Positions 46,954 through 57,145 of a stretch of 64,000 bases of DNA are shown here, piece after piece. Position numbers and translations under genes: made by a program. Each line of letters begins with the position of its first letter. Within the stretch, counting starts at the first letter, position 1. The stretch comes from a virus, in the IMG/VR virus record IMGVR_UViG_3300037755_000497, positions 44,876-108,875 of that record; one strand, 5' to 3'. A model generated the notes under the pieces. It did no database searches. It worked only from the letters and a program-made list of their open reading frames with translations, and had not been told where the DNA came from.

Positions 46954-48303
46954 TTATTTTCTCTTTAAGTTACGCTGTTTCCTTTGGATATTTTTTGAAA
47001 TATCAGAAAGGCCAACAAGATTACTAAAAACAGATTCACCTTTTTCAACTTCATCATCAGCATCAGATTCTTCTTCATCATCATCGCCTAGATTGAAACT
47101 AGCACCCCCTGATTGCTCGATGTCTTCAAGTTTGGTGTTTATTTTTTCCAGTTTTGAATCAATGTCTTCCTTAAAGCTGGAAGAAGAAGTTTTTAATTCT
47201 TCTTTAATTTCTTCCTTAAAGCTATCAAGTGACTTTTGAAGTTCGGTCATGGCACTTTTTGTCACGCCTTTTCTTGAATCATTGTTTAAAACAGATTCAA
47301 TAAGTTCGGACAATTTACCTGCGATTTCACGCAATACGGCCATTCTTTTACCAGAAATTTTTGCACCAGCCTTTTCAACATCTTGACGAACAGACTTGAT
47401 ACTATCATTAATGCTTGTAAAAATTGATTCTTGTTCTTTAGCTTTTTCGCTGTCACCTTCTTCTTTTCTTTCGGCCATCATTGCCATAAGCATGTCGATG
47501 GATGCAAAAGTAAGAGATACAACTTCATTCAATGCACCAGCTGCAAAATCATGTAGCTCTAAACTTCTTTCAAGCATACCCGAAACATCTTCAAGATTTT
47601 TTTCTAGCTTAACAACTCTTTTAGAAAGTTCATCATTATCCAATTCTGAATCATCTTCACTTTCATCTTCTTCACTGGTTGCAGTACCAGCTGCTTTATT
47701 TTTTCCTGATTCGTCTTCATCTTCTGAATCTTCATCATCAGCGTCTTCTTCATCGCCTTCTTCTGATTCGTCTTCATCTTCTGAATCTTCATCATCTTTT
47801 TTGTCTTTATCTTTGCCTTCATCATCAGCTTCTTCTTCTGATTCGTCTTCATCTTCTGAATCTTCATCAGCTTTTGTTACTTCGTGAAGTTTTACATCTG
47901 GGTAAGATTCTTTGAATTTTTCAATGTCAAAACTAAATGTACAACATTGATCGAAAACACCTTTTTCAAAATGTTCTAAAGCACATCCAATACAAACGCT
48001 ATTCCTTAGTCCAGCACCCATTGTTTCAGCTTCCACTTCTTTAGTTATCCCACAAAAGTGACAGTGTTCACCACACTTGTCTGAATCAGCTTTCGCAATT
48101 TTTTCAGACCACTTAGGCATAGCTTTAATAAGTGGTAATTTTTTTACTTTGGCCACTTTTGCCCCCTTTTTATTGTTTTTATTAACACTTTTTGTTATAT
48201 AGAATGATTCACCAATAGCCGCCATATCAACAGCTGATACTTCATCAACTTCTAAATCAAAGATTTCCTTTACACCCTTCTGAACTTTTTTTGTCTTAGC
48301 CAT
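46954..48303 (-). CDS. Capsid scaffold-like protein with a Cys cluster and acidic repeats
   Basis: DLEVDEVSAVD..A N-terminus, KAGAKISGKR motif, coiled coils; lies between the protease and capsid genes. Confidence 0.7.
   Translation of the reverse strand: MAKTKKVQKGVKEIFDLEVDEVSAVDMAAIGESFYITKSVNKNNKKGAKVAKVKKLPLIKAMPKWSEKIAKADSDKCGEHCHFCGITKEVEAETMGAGLRNSVCIGCALEHFEKGVFDQCCTFSFDIEKFKESYPDVKLHEVTKADEDSEDEDESEEEADDEGKDKDKKDDEDSEDEDESEEGDEEDADDEDSEDEDESGKNKAAGTATSEEDESEDDSELDNDELSKRVVKLEKNLEDVSGMLERSLELHDFAAGALNEVVSLTFASIDMLMAMMAERKEEGDSEKAKEQESIFTSINDSIKSVRQDVEKAGAKISGKRMAVLREIAGKLSELIESVLNNDSRKGVTKSAMTELQKSLDSFKEEIKEELKTSSSSFKEDIDSKLEKINTKLEDIEQSGGASFNLGDDDEEESDADDEVEKGESVFSNLVGLSDISKNIQRKQRNLKRK
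47706..47869. repeat. 32-bp direct repeat x3 encoding DEDSEDEDES
   Basis: ctgattcgtcttcatcttctgaatcttcatca at 47706, 47763 and 47838. Confidence 0.9.
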
Positions 48304-48307
48304 GATT

Positions 48308-49705
48308 TTATTCCTTACCTGTTACGGGTCTTGATTTTGCACGTCCACCAATAGAGAAACCAGTTATTTTCCCAGTCTTAACCAGTGCCCAAACTTCATC
48401 ATCAAAAACCTTCATGGTCATTACCCATGTACCTTTTTTAATATTCCTACCATTCATATCAAATTCTACTGGTGCAATAAATGTTTCGACAACGGCCATC
48501 TTCCTGGAAAAGTCCATGTGTTGGAACCCAGTTTCACCAGCTTTATCAACAACGCCAAAACCTAATGACTTTAAAAAATCAGGGTCATCTTTAAAAGCTA
48601 ACTTAACCATGTATCCATGTGCAGCTTTTTCAATTTCTGGTGAAGAAATAATATCGTCTTGAAGGTCAATATTATCAGGGATTAAAACAGGGCCAGTCAT
48701 CAATCTTTTTTCGTCATTCTTTTGGATAACATCATATCTTAGTGCGAATGATTTATTAAGTTCTTCTTTGAAGTTTTCTACATCATAATGTGACATAGCT
48801 TTTTTAAATTTGTCCTTCAAACTCATTTGTTGTTCCCCTTCATCCTGTTCAACATCAGTCATTTCATCTATTGTTCCAGATGCTACGACATTATCATTTT
48901 GTGGTTCTTCTTTTTCGGCCATGAACCCAATAACAGCTTCAACACCTTCGGTTATTCTGATTCTCTGTAATGTACTTTCTTCAAATGCATCACGTGACAT
49001 AACTTGAAATGTAAAAATTCCTTGTTCTGGTAAAACTTGCGAAGACTTGATATTCAAACCTTGGTCTAAAACAAAAATTGTTGCTTGACCAACATCAGTA
49101 AATCTTTCCCTTGAAAGGATTAAGCTTTCAATTCTTAAACCTTCGCCTAGTCTTGTCATTCTTTTGATAATGATTTTTTCAACAGCTTTTGACAGAATTT
49201 CTTTGTACTGTGTTTGATTTAATTTTTTTACTAAAGCAAAATCCATTTCCATGGGGTCTTCACTTCTTTTTAAATTCAAACTTTGAAATTGTTTTACTGA
49301 CTTCGCTGCATCCATCACTTCTTCGATTAGGTCACCTGGAACCAGGCTTACATATTCTTCGTCCATGATTGGAAGAACATGTTCATGGACACCACTTAAT
49401 GTTGTGGTGTTGACTTGTAATTCATGGTAGTGGGGTTGGCCATCTTGTGTTTCAAATTGTATTGGGCCATCTTGTGTTCTTACGGTAACAACATGTTTAT
49501 GCCTTTCCAATTCTGGGCCAACTGTGTTTGTTGATGGGTCGAATTTATGTTGATGTTCACCGCTAAGGTCAGTCATTAAAATTCTGTCGTTAACAAAATA
49601 TATGTGCTTATGTCTTCCATCATAATCTGTTTTTCTAGCAGTAAGAATTAGCTTGTGGGCATGTGCCCCACCTTCACCTACTGTTTTGATAATTGTTTTC
49701 GCCAT
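48308..49705 (-). CDS. XkdF-like prohead serine protease with N-terminal HxH repeats
   Basis: KRLMTGPVLIPD..DLQDD..EIEKAAH, VVETFIAP, KKGTWVM, W..VKTGKITGFSIGG. Confidence 0.88.
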   Translation of the reverse strand: MAKTIIKTVGEGGAHAHKLILTARKTDYDGRHKHIYFVNDRILMTDLSGEHQHKFDPSTNTVGPELERHKHVVTVRTQDGPIQFETQDGQPHYHELQVNTTTLSGVHEHVLPIMDEEYVSLVPGDLIEEVMDAAKSVKQFQSLNLKRSEDPMEMDFALVKKLNQTQYKEILSKAVEKIIIKRMTRLGEGLRIESLILSRERFTDVGQATIFVLDQGLNIKSSQVLPEQGIFTFQVMSRDAFEESTLQRIRITEGVEAVIGFMAEKEEPQNDNVVASGTIDEMTDVEQDEGEQQMSLKDKFKKAMSHYDVENFKEELNKSFALRYDVIQKNDEKRLMTGPVLIPDNIDLQDDIISSPEIEKAAHGYMVKLAFKDDPDFLKSLGFGVVDKAGETGFQHMDFSRKMAVVETFIAPVEFDMNGRNIKKGTWVMTMKVFDDEVWALVKTGKITGFSIGGRAKSRPVTGKE

Positions 49706-49754
49706 TAGGTTTTTCGTCCTTAAAAACTTCAAAAATAATTGTCAGTTCTATTAT

Positions 49755-49771
49755 GTTATACTTTGTTATAC
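49755..49771. promoter_or_regulatory. GTTATAC-N3-GTTATAC site upstream of the prohead protease gene
   Basis: GTTATAC at 49755 and 49765. Confidence 0.7.
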
Positions 49772-49824
49772 ATTTAAAGCAAATTTTTTTTTAAATTACC
49801 ATACTAAAATTGTTTGGCGTTGCA

Positions 49825-50034
49825 TTAACTTACTTGTTTAAAAGTGTTATATTTTTGGCCTTCTTCTACCAATTGGAATGAACCTTTACCCCAACCAATT
49901 CTTTCACCATTGGGCACATACCCCATTGTGATTACCTGTCCACGTTCTTGGATTAGATCAACAGGGTGTATTTCAACTTCACCGTTCAAGTATATTACCT
50001 TGGCCCTGTGTTTTTTGACTGTTGATTCTTCCAT
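49825..50034 (-). CDS. Hypothetical protein
   Basis: AAGGGGA SD. Confidence 0.65.
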   Translation of the reverse strand: MEESTVKKHRAKVIYLNGEVEIHPVDLIQERGQVITMGYVPNGERIGWGKGSFQLVEEGQKYNTFKQVS

Positions 50035-50043
50035 ATTCCCCTT

Positions 50044-52254
50044 TTAAGCTGGTTGAAGTTCTGACCTACAATTTGTACCCCAGACTACCTTTCCATTGCG
50101 TCTAACAAGCATTATATGGTTTTTCTTCAATTCTAAGTCATATACAATACCATTATATGGCACTCTTTTCACTATCCTAGGCACCCTAAATTCAGAGTTT
50201 ATTTCGGTGATTTTATGCCCATCATAGTTAATTGTATAAATTCCATTTTTAAATTGCTTCTCTACACCGGCAGATTTATCTAAATAATAGGAGCAACTTT
50301 TACCTACTTTAATCAAAAGTTCGCCTAAATCTGATGCTAATTGCGGTGATGATGTGTAGTATAATTTAGTATTTTCAAAATCACCATCTTTAAAGTTTGT
50401 ACTTTCCTTAATAGAACCATCACAGCTATTAAAGGCATCTAAAAATATTCTAATATTACTTGGTGACATTTTTTTAATTATCTCCGGTACAAATTTTTCA
50501 TGCGAATGCCCAAATTGTTCACAGTATTCACCAACACGGGTATCATAAATATGCAGTTTTTCTGTTGTCCTTGTTACGTTTTTGAATCCCATTAGTTTTA
50601 ATCTTTCAAACATTTTTTCTGAACCTATTTGTTGTGCAATATTAGCATACCTAGATTCACTACCATAACCTGTACTTCTTGTTGAACCATCTGATAGGTA
50701 ATACCCCATAAATTCACAGAAATATTGTGGCTTCATTTCTAGGCCACAAACATCAACTGTTCCTATATTCCCACCCTCCCATTTGGACGATAAATATAAT
50801 TTAGCTTCTTTACCAGCTTTCAAAAATGAATCCATTTCACAGTAAAATTTACTTAGGTTCCTACCACTCTTACCGTTATCAACACGTTTAAAATAAAACA
50901 TCATATGATCTGGTGTAACCATCATATCCAAAGATTTTTGGTTATTAGTTAAGTGAACCATTTCACCGCTGAATGGGTATTCTTGTTTCAACCTAAAATC
51001 TGTATACTCTGGTATTAATGTATCTGGGTTAAGACTAAATATCTTATCTAATGGTTCAACATCCTTAAATAATTTCCACCCAGTATTTGTTAACACTTCT
51101 GTTATGTCATCATAACATCTTCCATGTAATGGTGGAACCACAACACCAGCTTCGGCCAATGCATCACTAGACTTCTTATCATTTAGCTTCTTACCGGCCT
51201 CTAAATTGAAGTCTGAAAGGTTCCTAGTAAACGGTGCTATAACCTTTAACTGTTCTACATTTTCTGCGCTTAAAACCTTTTCCTGGTGTTCTACAGCGTG
51301 TTCAATGGTGAATATCCTTCCATCCATCTGACTACAAATGGTAGATGTTGTACGGTCAATAATAGCATTAAAAATCAAATTCTCAATACCAACTTCTGAC
51401 ATCAGATTTATTTGCCCGAAATTCCTAGCATAGGTAACATTTGTAGCGTTTAGCATTTCAAAATAAGCAGTTGTTGAGGCCTTACCAGCTGCTACTGATG
51501 CTGGCAAAGCACCTGATGCATTACCACCCAATGACTTTGTAAGTTCTTGTTCCAGAAATTCACTAGCATCAGCTTGATTTAGTCCACGCTCTAATGCTGT
51601 TTCCAAAGTTCTTGACACTTTATGTTTTAAAGTATTAGGGAAGTGGTCACCTATGGAAACATTTTCCAACCTTGCTAAATTTTCATAAGCTGCTTTATCT
51701 AATTCACCCAAAGTATTCACTTTAAATACTTCTTCCAATTTCTTTATTTTTTTCTTGGTAAGGTACTGCCCTTTTTCCCAATCTTTTATTACCTTCTCAT
51801 TTTTGAATATACCCTTATCTGGGTTAAAGTCATAAAATTCAAATTTAATAAAACTTTTACTAGATGCAGTTGGTGATGAAAGTTTAAATTCTTTACCAAA
51901 TCTTTTCTTGTTGATTTCGTAGATTTCTTTTATGTCATCCTCAACACGTTTCTTTGTTTTATTTTCTATACCATTAAATGATTTTGTTAAGCTGGAAAGA
52001 ACTCTGTCAGCGTCCTTTTTAGAAAATCTTTTGGTAGAATTCCCGAACGTTTTAATTGATTTATTAATCGCTTTGGTTGCAGTTGTGTTCCAGTTATTAC
52101 TTAGAATCCTAGTTAAACTTTTCTCAATCCTATTTATTTTTTCACCATCATTATCCTTTTCGGCCTTAACTAATTTATCAGAAAGACTTCTGAATAATTC
52201 TTCACGCTTTTCAAAGGGTAATGACCTAAAACTTTCTATCCATTTAGTGTTCAT
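50044..52254 (-). CDS. Head morphogenesis protein (SPP1 gp7 / Mu gpF family), interrupted by an intein
   Basis: AIIDRTTSTICSQMDGRIF...PPLHGR|intein|CRS. Confidence 0.9.
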   Translation of the reverse strand: MNTKWIESFRSLPFEKREELFRSLSDKLVKAEKDNDGEKINRIEKSLTRILSNNWNTTATKAINKSIKTFGNSTKRFSKKDADRVLSSLTKSFNGIENKTKKRVEDDIKEIYEINKKRFGKEFKLSSPTASSKSFIKFEFYDFNPDKGIFKNEKVIKDWEKGQYLTKKKIKKLEEVFKVNTLGELDKAAYENLARLENVSIGDHFPNTLKHKVSRTLETALERGLNQADASEFLEQELTKSLGGNASGALPASVAAGKASTTAYFEMLNATNVTYARNFGQINLMSEVGIENLIFNAIIDRTTSTICSQMDGRIFTIEHAVEHQEKVLSAENVEQLKVIAPFTRNLSDFNLEAGKKLNDKKSSDALAEAGVVVPPLHGRCYDDITEVLTNTGWKLFKDVEPLDKIFSLNPDTLIPEYTDFRLKQEYPFSGEMVHLTNNQKSLDMMVTPDHMMFYFKRVDNGKSGRNLSKFYCEMDSFLKAGKEAKLYLSSKWEGGNIGTVDVCGLEMKPQYFCEFMGYYLSDGSTRSTGYGSESRYANIAQQIGSEKMFERLKLMGFKNVTRTTEKLHIYDTRVGEYCEQFGHSHEKFVPEIIKKMSPSNIRIFLDAFNSCDGSIKESTNFKDGDFENTKLYYTSSPQLASDLGELLIKVGKSCSYYLDKSAGVEKQFKNGIYTINYDGHKITEINSEFRVPRIVKRVPYNGIVYDLELKKNHIMLVRRNGKVVWGTNCRSELQPA
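50071..51117 (-). mobile_element. Intein (349 aa) with LAGLIDADG homing endonuclease
   Basis: Starts CYDDITEVLT; block B VTPDH; LAGLIDADG motifs FMGYYLSDGS and FLDAFNSCDGS; ends VYDLEL..NH..VVWGTN with +1 Cys. Confidence 0.93.
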
Positions 52255-54058
52255 GCTTAAAATAATCCCTCTTAATTTCACCGAATGCTTCAATATCAAG
52301 AATAGATTCCATAGCATCAAGTAGTGCTTTATGTGGGTCTATAGAATCATGAAGCACATCAACAATACTTTTTTCTTCTTCCTGATTATCTGGGTTCTTA
52401 TCTTCACCCTTATCACCTTCTTCTTGGCCCTTCGGTGCAAGTGTACCTTCACTATTACTTCTGGCCATACCACGTGCGAGTTTACCAACAGAAATGCTAA
52501 AAGGTAAATCAGGGTTGAAGTCTGGGTCATTTTCAATAAGTGCTGGTAATTTTCTGTTAAGTACATCTTCAAGAATCATGTGTGCAATTCTAGGCGTAAT
52601 ACCACCAGTTTTTTCAGCTGTTGAAAGAATCTTTACCAGGTCTTCGTCATTAGTTACGTTAGGTGATTGGCCCTTAATTTTATGGAACCTGATACCTTGC
52701 TGGACAAGAATTTGGTTCCAGCATTCATCAATAGATTCCCTTTCAGGGTTATATACATATTTTTCGGCCATCTTTTCAGAAGTCTGTGCTGAATCACGTG
52801 TTATTTCTTCTGTTTCACCAACCATAACTGGTGGTTGTCTAAAGCCACGTCTAATTTTTGCATTATTTTTATCATCATACTTATCCCAAAGTGCATCAGT
52901 ATGTTGTTCATTTGTTAACGGCTTAATTTCAATTTTCATTGAAGAAGCACCACTAAGTGCATCGTGATTTGATTCACCTTCTAAGATCAAAAATTTAGAG
53001 TAATTTAAATCACCTTTTATTGATGTATCAACAAATTCTTGTAACCTTTCAATGGAACCATCAGTTAACATACCACCAGAAACCATTACGGCCATTGATG
53101 GAACGTTGTTATTTTGAAGCGTAAGAATGTTTGATTCTTCACCAGACCTGGAACCCTTAATCGCAATTATGTTACCAGCATAAGATGGCATACCATAGGG
53201 TGTTCTTCGTGTAGTAGGTATTTTAAAATGGTAAAGTTCACGGGCCAGCATATCCCTTGGAACTTTCTTACCCTGGGAATCAACAATAGCTGGTTTCCCA
53301 TCAATATTTCTTTCCCTTAATACTTCACCAGTTCCAGCATGAATTGGCCGTGGGTCACGAAATTCTTTGAAGAAAACTTTTTTCTTGCCAACAATTTGGA
53401 CATATTTTCTAAGTCTAACTAAAAATGTTTTTTCTTTTAGTTGATAATTTTCATTAACATATTTCTGTGCAATTCTTGTGAACTTATTGTCAGCTTTCAC
53501 AATCCACATATTTGATGGTTCAATTCTATTATAACATGAAAACATTCCATCAACTAAACCAGGAACAAGTTCTAGCCACGCATTACCTGTTGCTTGCTTA
53601 TCTTTTTGAAGTTGTTTTCTTAATTCTTTTAATGTCTGGCTAGGATTAGGATTTTTCATCAGATGCGTTTCAAGCCATCTTCTTTCTGTGTTTATTTCAG
53701 TCTTAAAGAATTCTTCCTGGGCCTCTGTTAGGTTTTCATCCAGCATAATTCTTTGGCCAAACCCTTCAACACCGATTGCCATAGCATCTAAATTCTGACC
53801 TAACGAACCAGAATATTCTGAAAGAACTGCAAGTTCACTTTGGGATAAAGGCGGTTTTACAACTTTGCTGGAAAAACCAAGTTCGTAAATATCTTCGTCA
53901 ACGATAGCACTAGAACGTTCCTTTCTGATGTTCTTTGTTTCAACACCTATTACGGTTGCCCTTAATATGTGCTTATTCCCATTTACATCTTGAACAGGTA
54001 TTGTTTTAGTTTGCCTTAACGTAGGGTTTCCCCTTTTGATTAATTTCTTCTTCGCCAT
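52244..54058 (-). CDS. Portal protein (PBSX-like)
   Basis: TGNAWLE, TPYGMPSY, NNNVPS, FRQPPVMVG; follows the terminase gene. Confidence 0.9.
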   Translation of the reverse strand: MAKKKLIKRGNPTLRQTKTIPVQDVNGNKHILRATVIGVETKNIRKERSSAIVDEDIYELGFSSKVVKPPLSQSELAVLSEYSGSLGQNLDAMAIGVEGFGQRIMLDENLTEAQEEFFKTEINTERRWLETHLMKNPNPSQTLKELRKQLQKDKQATGNAWLELVPGLVDGMFSCYNRIEPSNMWIVKADNKFTRIAQKYVNENYQLKEKTFLVRLRKYVQIVGKKKVFFKEFRDPRPIHAGTGEVLRERNIDGKPAIVDSQGKKVPRDMLARELYHFKIPTTRRTPYGMPSYAGNIIAIKGSRSGEESNILTLQNNNVPSMAVMVSGGMLTDGSIERLQEFVDTSIKGDLNYSKFLILEGESNHDALSGASSMKIEIKPLTNEQHTDALWDKYDDKNNAKIRRGFRQPPVMVGETEEITRDSAQTSEKMAEKYVYNPERESIDECWNQILVQQGIRFHKIKGQSPNVTNDEDLVKILSTAEKTGGITPRIAHMILEDVLNRKLPALIENDPDFNPDLPFSISVGKLARGMARSNSEGTLAPKGQEEGDKGEDKNPDNQEEEKSIVDVLHDSIDPHKALLDAMESILDIEAFGEIKRDYFKHEH

Positions 54059-54071
54059 AATTATTTCTTCC

Positions 54072-55595
54072 TTAAACTAAACCAGGTTCTTTATCTCTTA
54101 CTCTTTTCTTATTATTAAACGCTGTATTAACTGCAATATCAAGCGCATCAAATAAATCTTTATACCTTCCATCAGGCATTTTTAAAAGGTGTTCTTGAAG
54201 GCCATGCATTCCTTCATTCAGAAACACTTGACCCCTTTCAAAATAGGCCGATAGTTTCCAGGCCCTCATAGTCTTATCAGTGTCAGTGAATATAGGTACG
54301 GCCCTAACGTTAGATAACTTTTTGTCCGTGCGCATATCCTGTAATAAGGCCCTCTGGTAACCATTTGCTTCCACCGCCACACGTATTGGGTCATACTTCC
54401 TAAACATTCTTCCAATAACTTCTTTCTGTTTAGTATAATGCGTTACTCTGTTGTAATAGTCTAGCACATAAATGTTCATTGTCTTAGGGTCAATTCCAAT
54501 TGTGCAATGTGCAAACTTATCAGCATTTTCGGCCTGCTTAATTGCAAGGTCAACGCCTTGGAAAATTTTAAGTTTACTTCTATCAGGTAGTTCATCAGCT
54601 GTGTACCATTGGAACCAGTCAACTTGGAAAATTTTACCCTTCATGGCCTCAACATCATTCTGCATCTGGGAATTGAAGATGATAGTACCCTGTTGCTTCT
54701 TAAGTCTTAGAAGGAATTTAACACTAAACTTTTCTGGCCAGAAAGATTCGTACTTCTTATGCATTGGCCAAGACTTCTTATAATATTTCTTTTTGAAAAG
54801 TGAAGGGATACGAATGTACAGTTTCTTTTTAACTTTACCTTTTTTGTTTTTAACCGTGAAAACCGAGTCAATTAATACACCATAAATATCATCTGGGTGA
54901 TACCTAGTACCAATAACATTCATGTCACCATCTGGTTCTAATGTTGGGTGAAGAATTTTATATAACCACGTTTTTAGTTTTTCACGTTGTGCTTCTGTTT
55001 TTGAATTTTCTTCATCAACTAAATCGTCCGCATAAATTTTGTCAAAGTGTTTCGAGGCCAGGGCACCAGTATAACCAACGGTTGATACTGTAGGTTCTTT
55101 TGCAGTTGAAGTTCTTTTCTTTACATTTATTTCACCATCATTCCAAAGTGTACCTTTTTGTAAACCAAAAATTTCCGTTACCCTTGGTGATGTTAATTTC
55201 TGTTTTATTTCCCTTAAGAATCCGATTGCGTTTGTATCAGTTTTACTAGCAATCAATATTCTGATGTCTGGGTCTTTTAAGATGTCCAAAATAATATTTG
55301 AAATAGTAAGAATTGTAGATTTACCACCACCCCTTGGTGCCAATGCCAAGTGCCACTTCTGGCCCTCAATATCAACGTAGGAATTTTTTTGGTGATACCA
55401 CATCAGCATGTGGAAATCTTGAAGCTTGTTGTACCCCAGAACTTCTGTCATTAATAAATCAATCCTATTATGATTTAGGATTTGATCTTTTAACCATGAA
55501 TTTGTTACTAGCTTCTGTTTCTTATGTGCATCAATGGCCGCTTGGCGGTTCTTAATAGCTGAAACATGTCTAGGGTCTGTGACTAAGTTTCCCAT
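54072..55595 (-). CDS. terL: Terminase large subunit
   Basis: APRGGGKS Walker A, IYADDLVD Walker B, IGTRYHPDD, GVDLA, EANGYQ, DLFDAL nuclease motifs. Confidence 0.95.
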   Translation of the reverse strand: MGNLVTDPRHVSAIKNRQAAIDAHKKQKLVTNSWLKDQILNHNRIDLLMTEVLGYNKLQDFHMLMWYHQKNSYVDIEGQKWHLALAPRGGGKSTILTISNIILDILKDPDIRILIASKTDTNAIGFLREIKQKLTSPRVTEIFGLQKGTLWNDGEINVKKRTSTAKEPTVSTVGYTGALASKHFDKIYADDLVDEENSKTEAQREKLKTWLYKILHPTLEPDGDMNVIGTRYHPDDIYGVLIDSVFTVKNKKGKVKKKLYIRIPSLFKKKYYKKSWPMHKKYESFWPEKFSVKFLLRLKKQQGTIIFNSQMQNDVEAMKGKIFQVDWFQWYTADELPDRSKLKIFQGVDLAIKQAENADKFAHCTIGIDPKTMNIYVLDYYNRVTHYTKQKEVIGRMFRKYDPIRVAVEANGYQRALLQDMRTDKKLSNVRAVPIFTDTDKTMRAWKLSAYFERGQVFLNEGMHGLQEHLLKMPDGRYKDLFDALDIAVNTAFNNKKRVRDKEPGLV

Positions 55596-55600
55596 TCTGT

Positions 55601-56239
55601 TTAGCTTCCTACAATTTCATTAGTACCATCCCAAACAAATTCTTCTAGTGAAAAATGTGCTCCACAACCGCAACAATAAGTACCATTATAAAATTTGGGG
55701 TCACGTGCATAGGTTTCTGCAATTGAAATTCCCATCTTAGTTAATGTCCCACATTTTACATGTACATAACTTGTTCTTACAGGTCTTACAAAACCTTTTT
55801 TCCTTTCTTCTTCACTAAGAACAACATAACCTTTTTGTTGGCCATTCTCTTTTAATTCCCTATGGTCATCAGTTACAGGGCCACCATCAGTTAGTGTCCT
55901 TTGACTTCTATCAACTTCTGGAATATTGATTTCTTCTTTTTTTATTTCTAACGGTTGTGTGATGTAGCCTAAAGCATTACTTCTTTTTCTTGCCCTTTCA
56001 TATTGGTACTTCTCAACATAAGCAGCTTTATCATGTGATTCCCTATCTGATAGGTCTTGGAATTTCATACCTTCTTCATCATCTGTGCAAGTTACATCAC
56101 CGAACCCGATAACTTCACCATTTTCATCAGCAACAACTTGAAGTGCTAAACCCATCGGGTGCAAGAATTGTCTGTTTAATTCCTGTAAGAAACCTTTTTC
56201 CCTAAACTCTTTTGCTTTCATATTTCTTCTTTTGCTCAT
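55601..56239 (-). CDS. Two-domain hypothetical protein with a C-terminal Cys/His metal-binding domain
   Basis: LQELNRQFLHPMGLAL; HVKCG...TYCCGC. Confidence 0.7.
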   Translation of the reverse strand: MSKRRNMKAKEFREKGFLQELNRQFLHPMGLALQVVADENGEVIGFGDVTCTDDEEGMKFQDLSDRESHDKAAYVEKYQYERARKRSNALGYITQPLEIKKEEINIPEVDRSQRTLTDGGPVTDDHRELKENGQQKGYVVLSEEERKKGFVRPVRTSYVHVKCGTLTKMGISIAETYARDPKFYNGTYCCGCGAHFSLEEFVWDGTNEIVGS

Positions 56240-57144
56240 TTGACTACCCTATTTTTTTGAAGAAGTTCCCCATCACCTTTCTTATGCGGTTTTACCCACG
56301 TCCAACCATCAACATTTTTTTCGCCTTGACGGTTTTTCCCTGTACCTTTAAATGAACGCCAATGGCCCCTTACTTCCCATGAATGTGACCACTCAATATT
56401 CTGATTAAAAAATTGAGTGTCACTACACCTTTTGCTGGGGTCAATATAAATTGCGTTGGCCTTTATTTTAATAGTTTCTTTTTTACCGTTAAACCTACAT
56501 TTAGTTCTTGCGGTAAATTTAAAATTAGCTGTTCTGTTATTTAGTTTGGCCAGGTAAATTGATATTGGTGCATAAACTGAATCGACATTTGAAGGCTTGT
56601 CATCATCCGTAAAAGTTAGAATAGACTTCTTAACATATTCTTCAAAAGAACCATCATTTCTTAATTTATTGTAAGAAGCAAATGTTATTAACCTTGTCGG
56701 TGATTCTTCATGCACTACAATCATTTGCATGTTTTCCATAGAATTGTTATCTCTTACAGTGTACAAACTATGCCAGTCATCAGCTGGTTCTAATGAAAAT
56801 GTCTGGAAAGGAATATCAATCGGTAATTCACCGCCCAGTGTTTCCTTGTCTACTTGCGAATTCGCTAAACCTTCCACCATTTTAAACATTAATGGTTTTA
56901 TGTTTTTAATTATCTCAAAGAAAAACTTTTTATCTTCTTCACTTATAGGATAGTAGCCATCAACAGTTTTCCCGTGCAACATTATACTGCACATTTTTTC
57001 TAGTTTATTGATACGCATTTCTTTTATAGGGTCATAACCCATACGCTCTACAGCTTGTTGATGAAGTTCACCATTATCTACAGTGGTCAAATCTTTAGAC
57101 TTGTTAATTGTATCCAATATAAATTGCGTGGCCTTAGTATCCAT
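56236..57144 (-). CDS. Conserved phage hypothetical protein
   Basis: C-terminal WEVRGHWR...WVKPHKKG motif. Confidence 0.7.
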   Translation of the reverse strand: MDTKATQFILDTINKSKDLTTVDNGELHQQAVERMGYDPIKEMRINKLEKMCSIMLHGKTVDGYYPISEEDKKFFFEIIKNIKPLMFKMVEGLANSQVDKETLGGELPIDIPFQTFSLEPADDWHSLYTVRDNNSMENMQMIVVHEESPTRLITFASYNKLRNDGSFEEYVKKSILTFTDDDKPSNVDSVYAPISIYLAKLNNRTANFKFTARTKCRFNGKKETIKIKANAIYIDPSKRCSDTQFFNQNIEWSHSWEVRGHWRSFKGTGKNRQGEKNVDGWTWVKPHKKGDGELLQKNRVVK

Positions 57145-57145
57145 T

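Noticed and set aside
47396-47915. Poly-Ser, LHLL-repeat and MKIQK-repeat ORFs
   Set aside because: Alternative frames of the scaffold's acidic repeat
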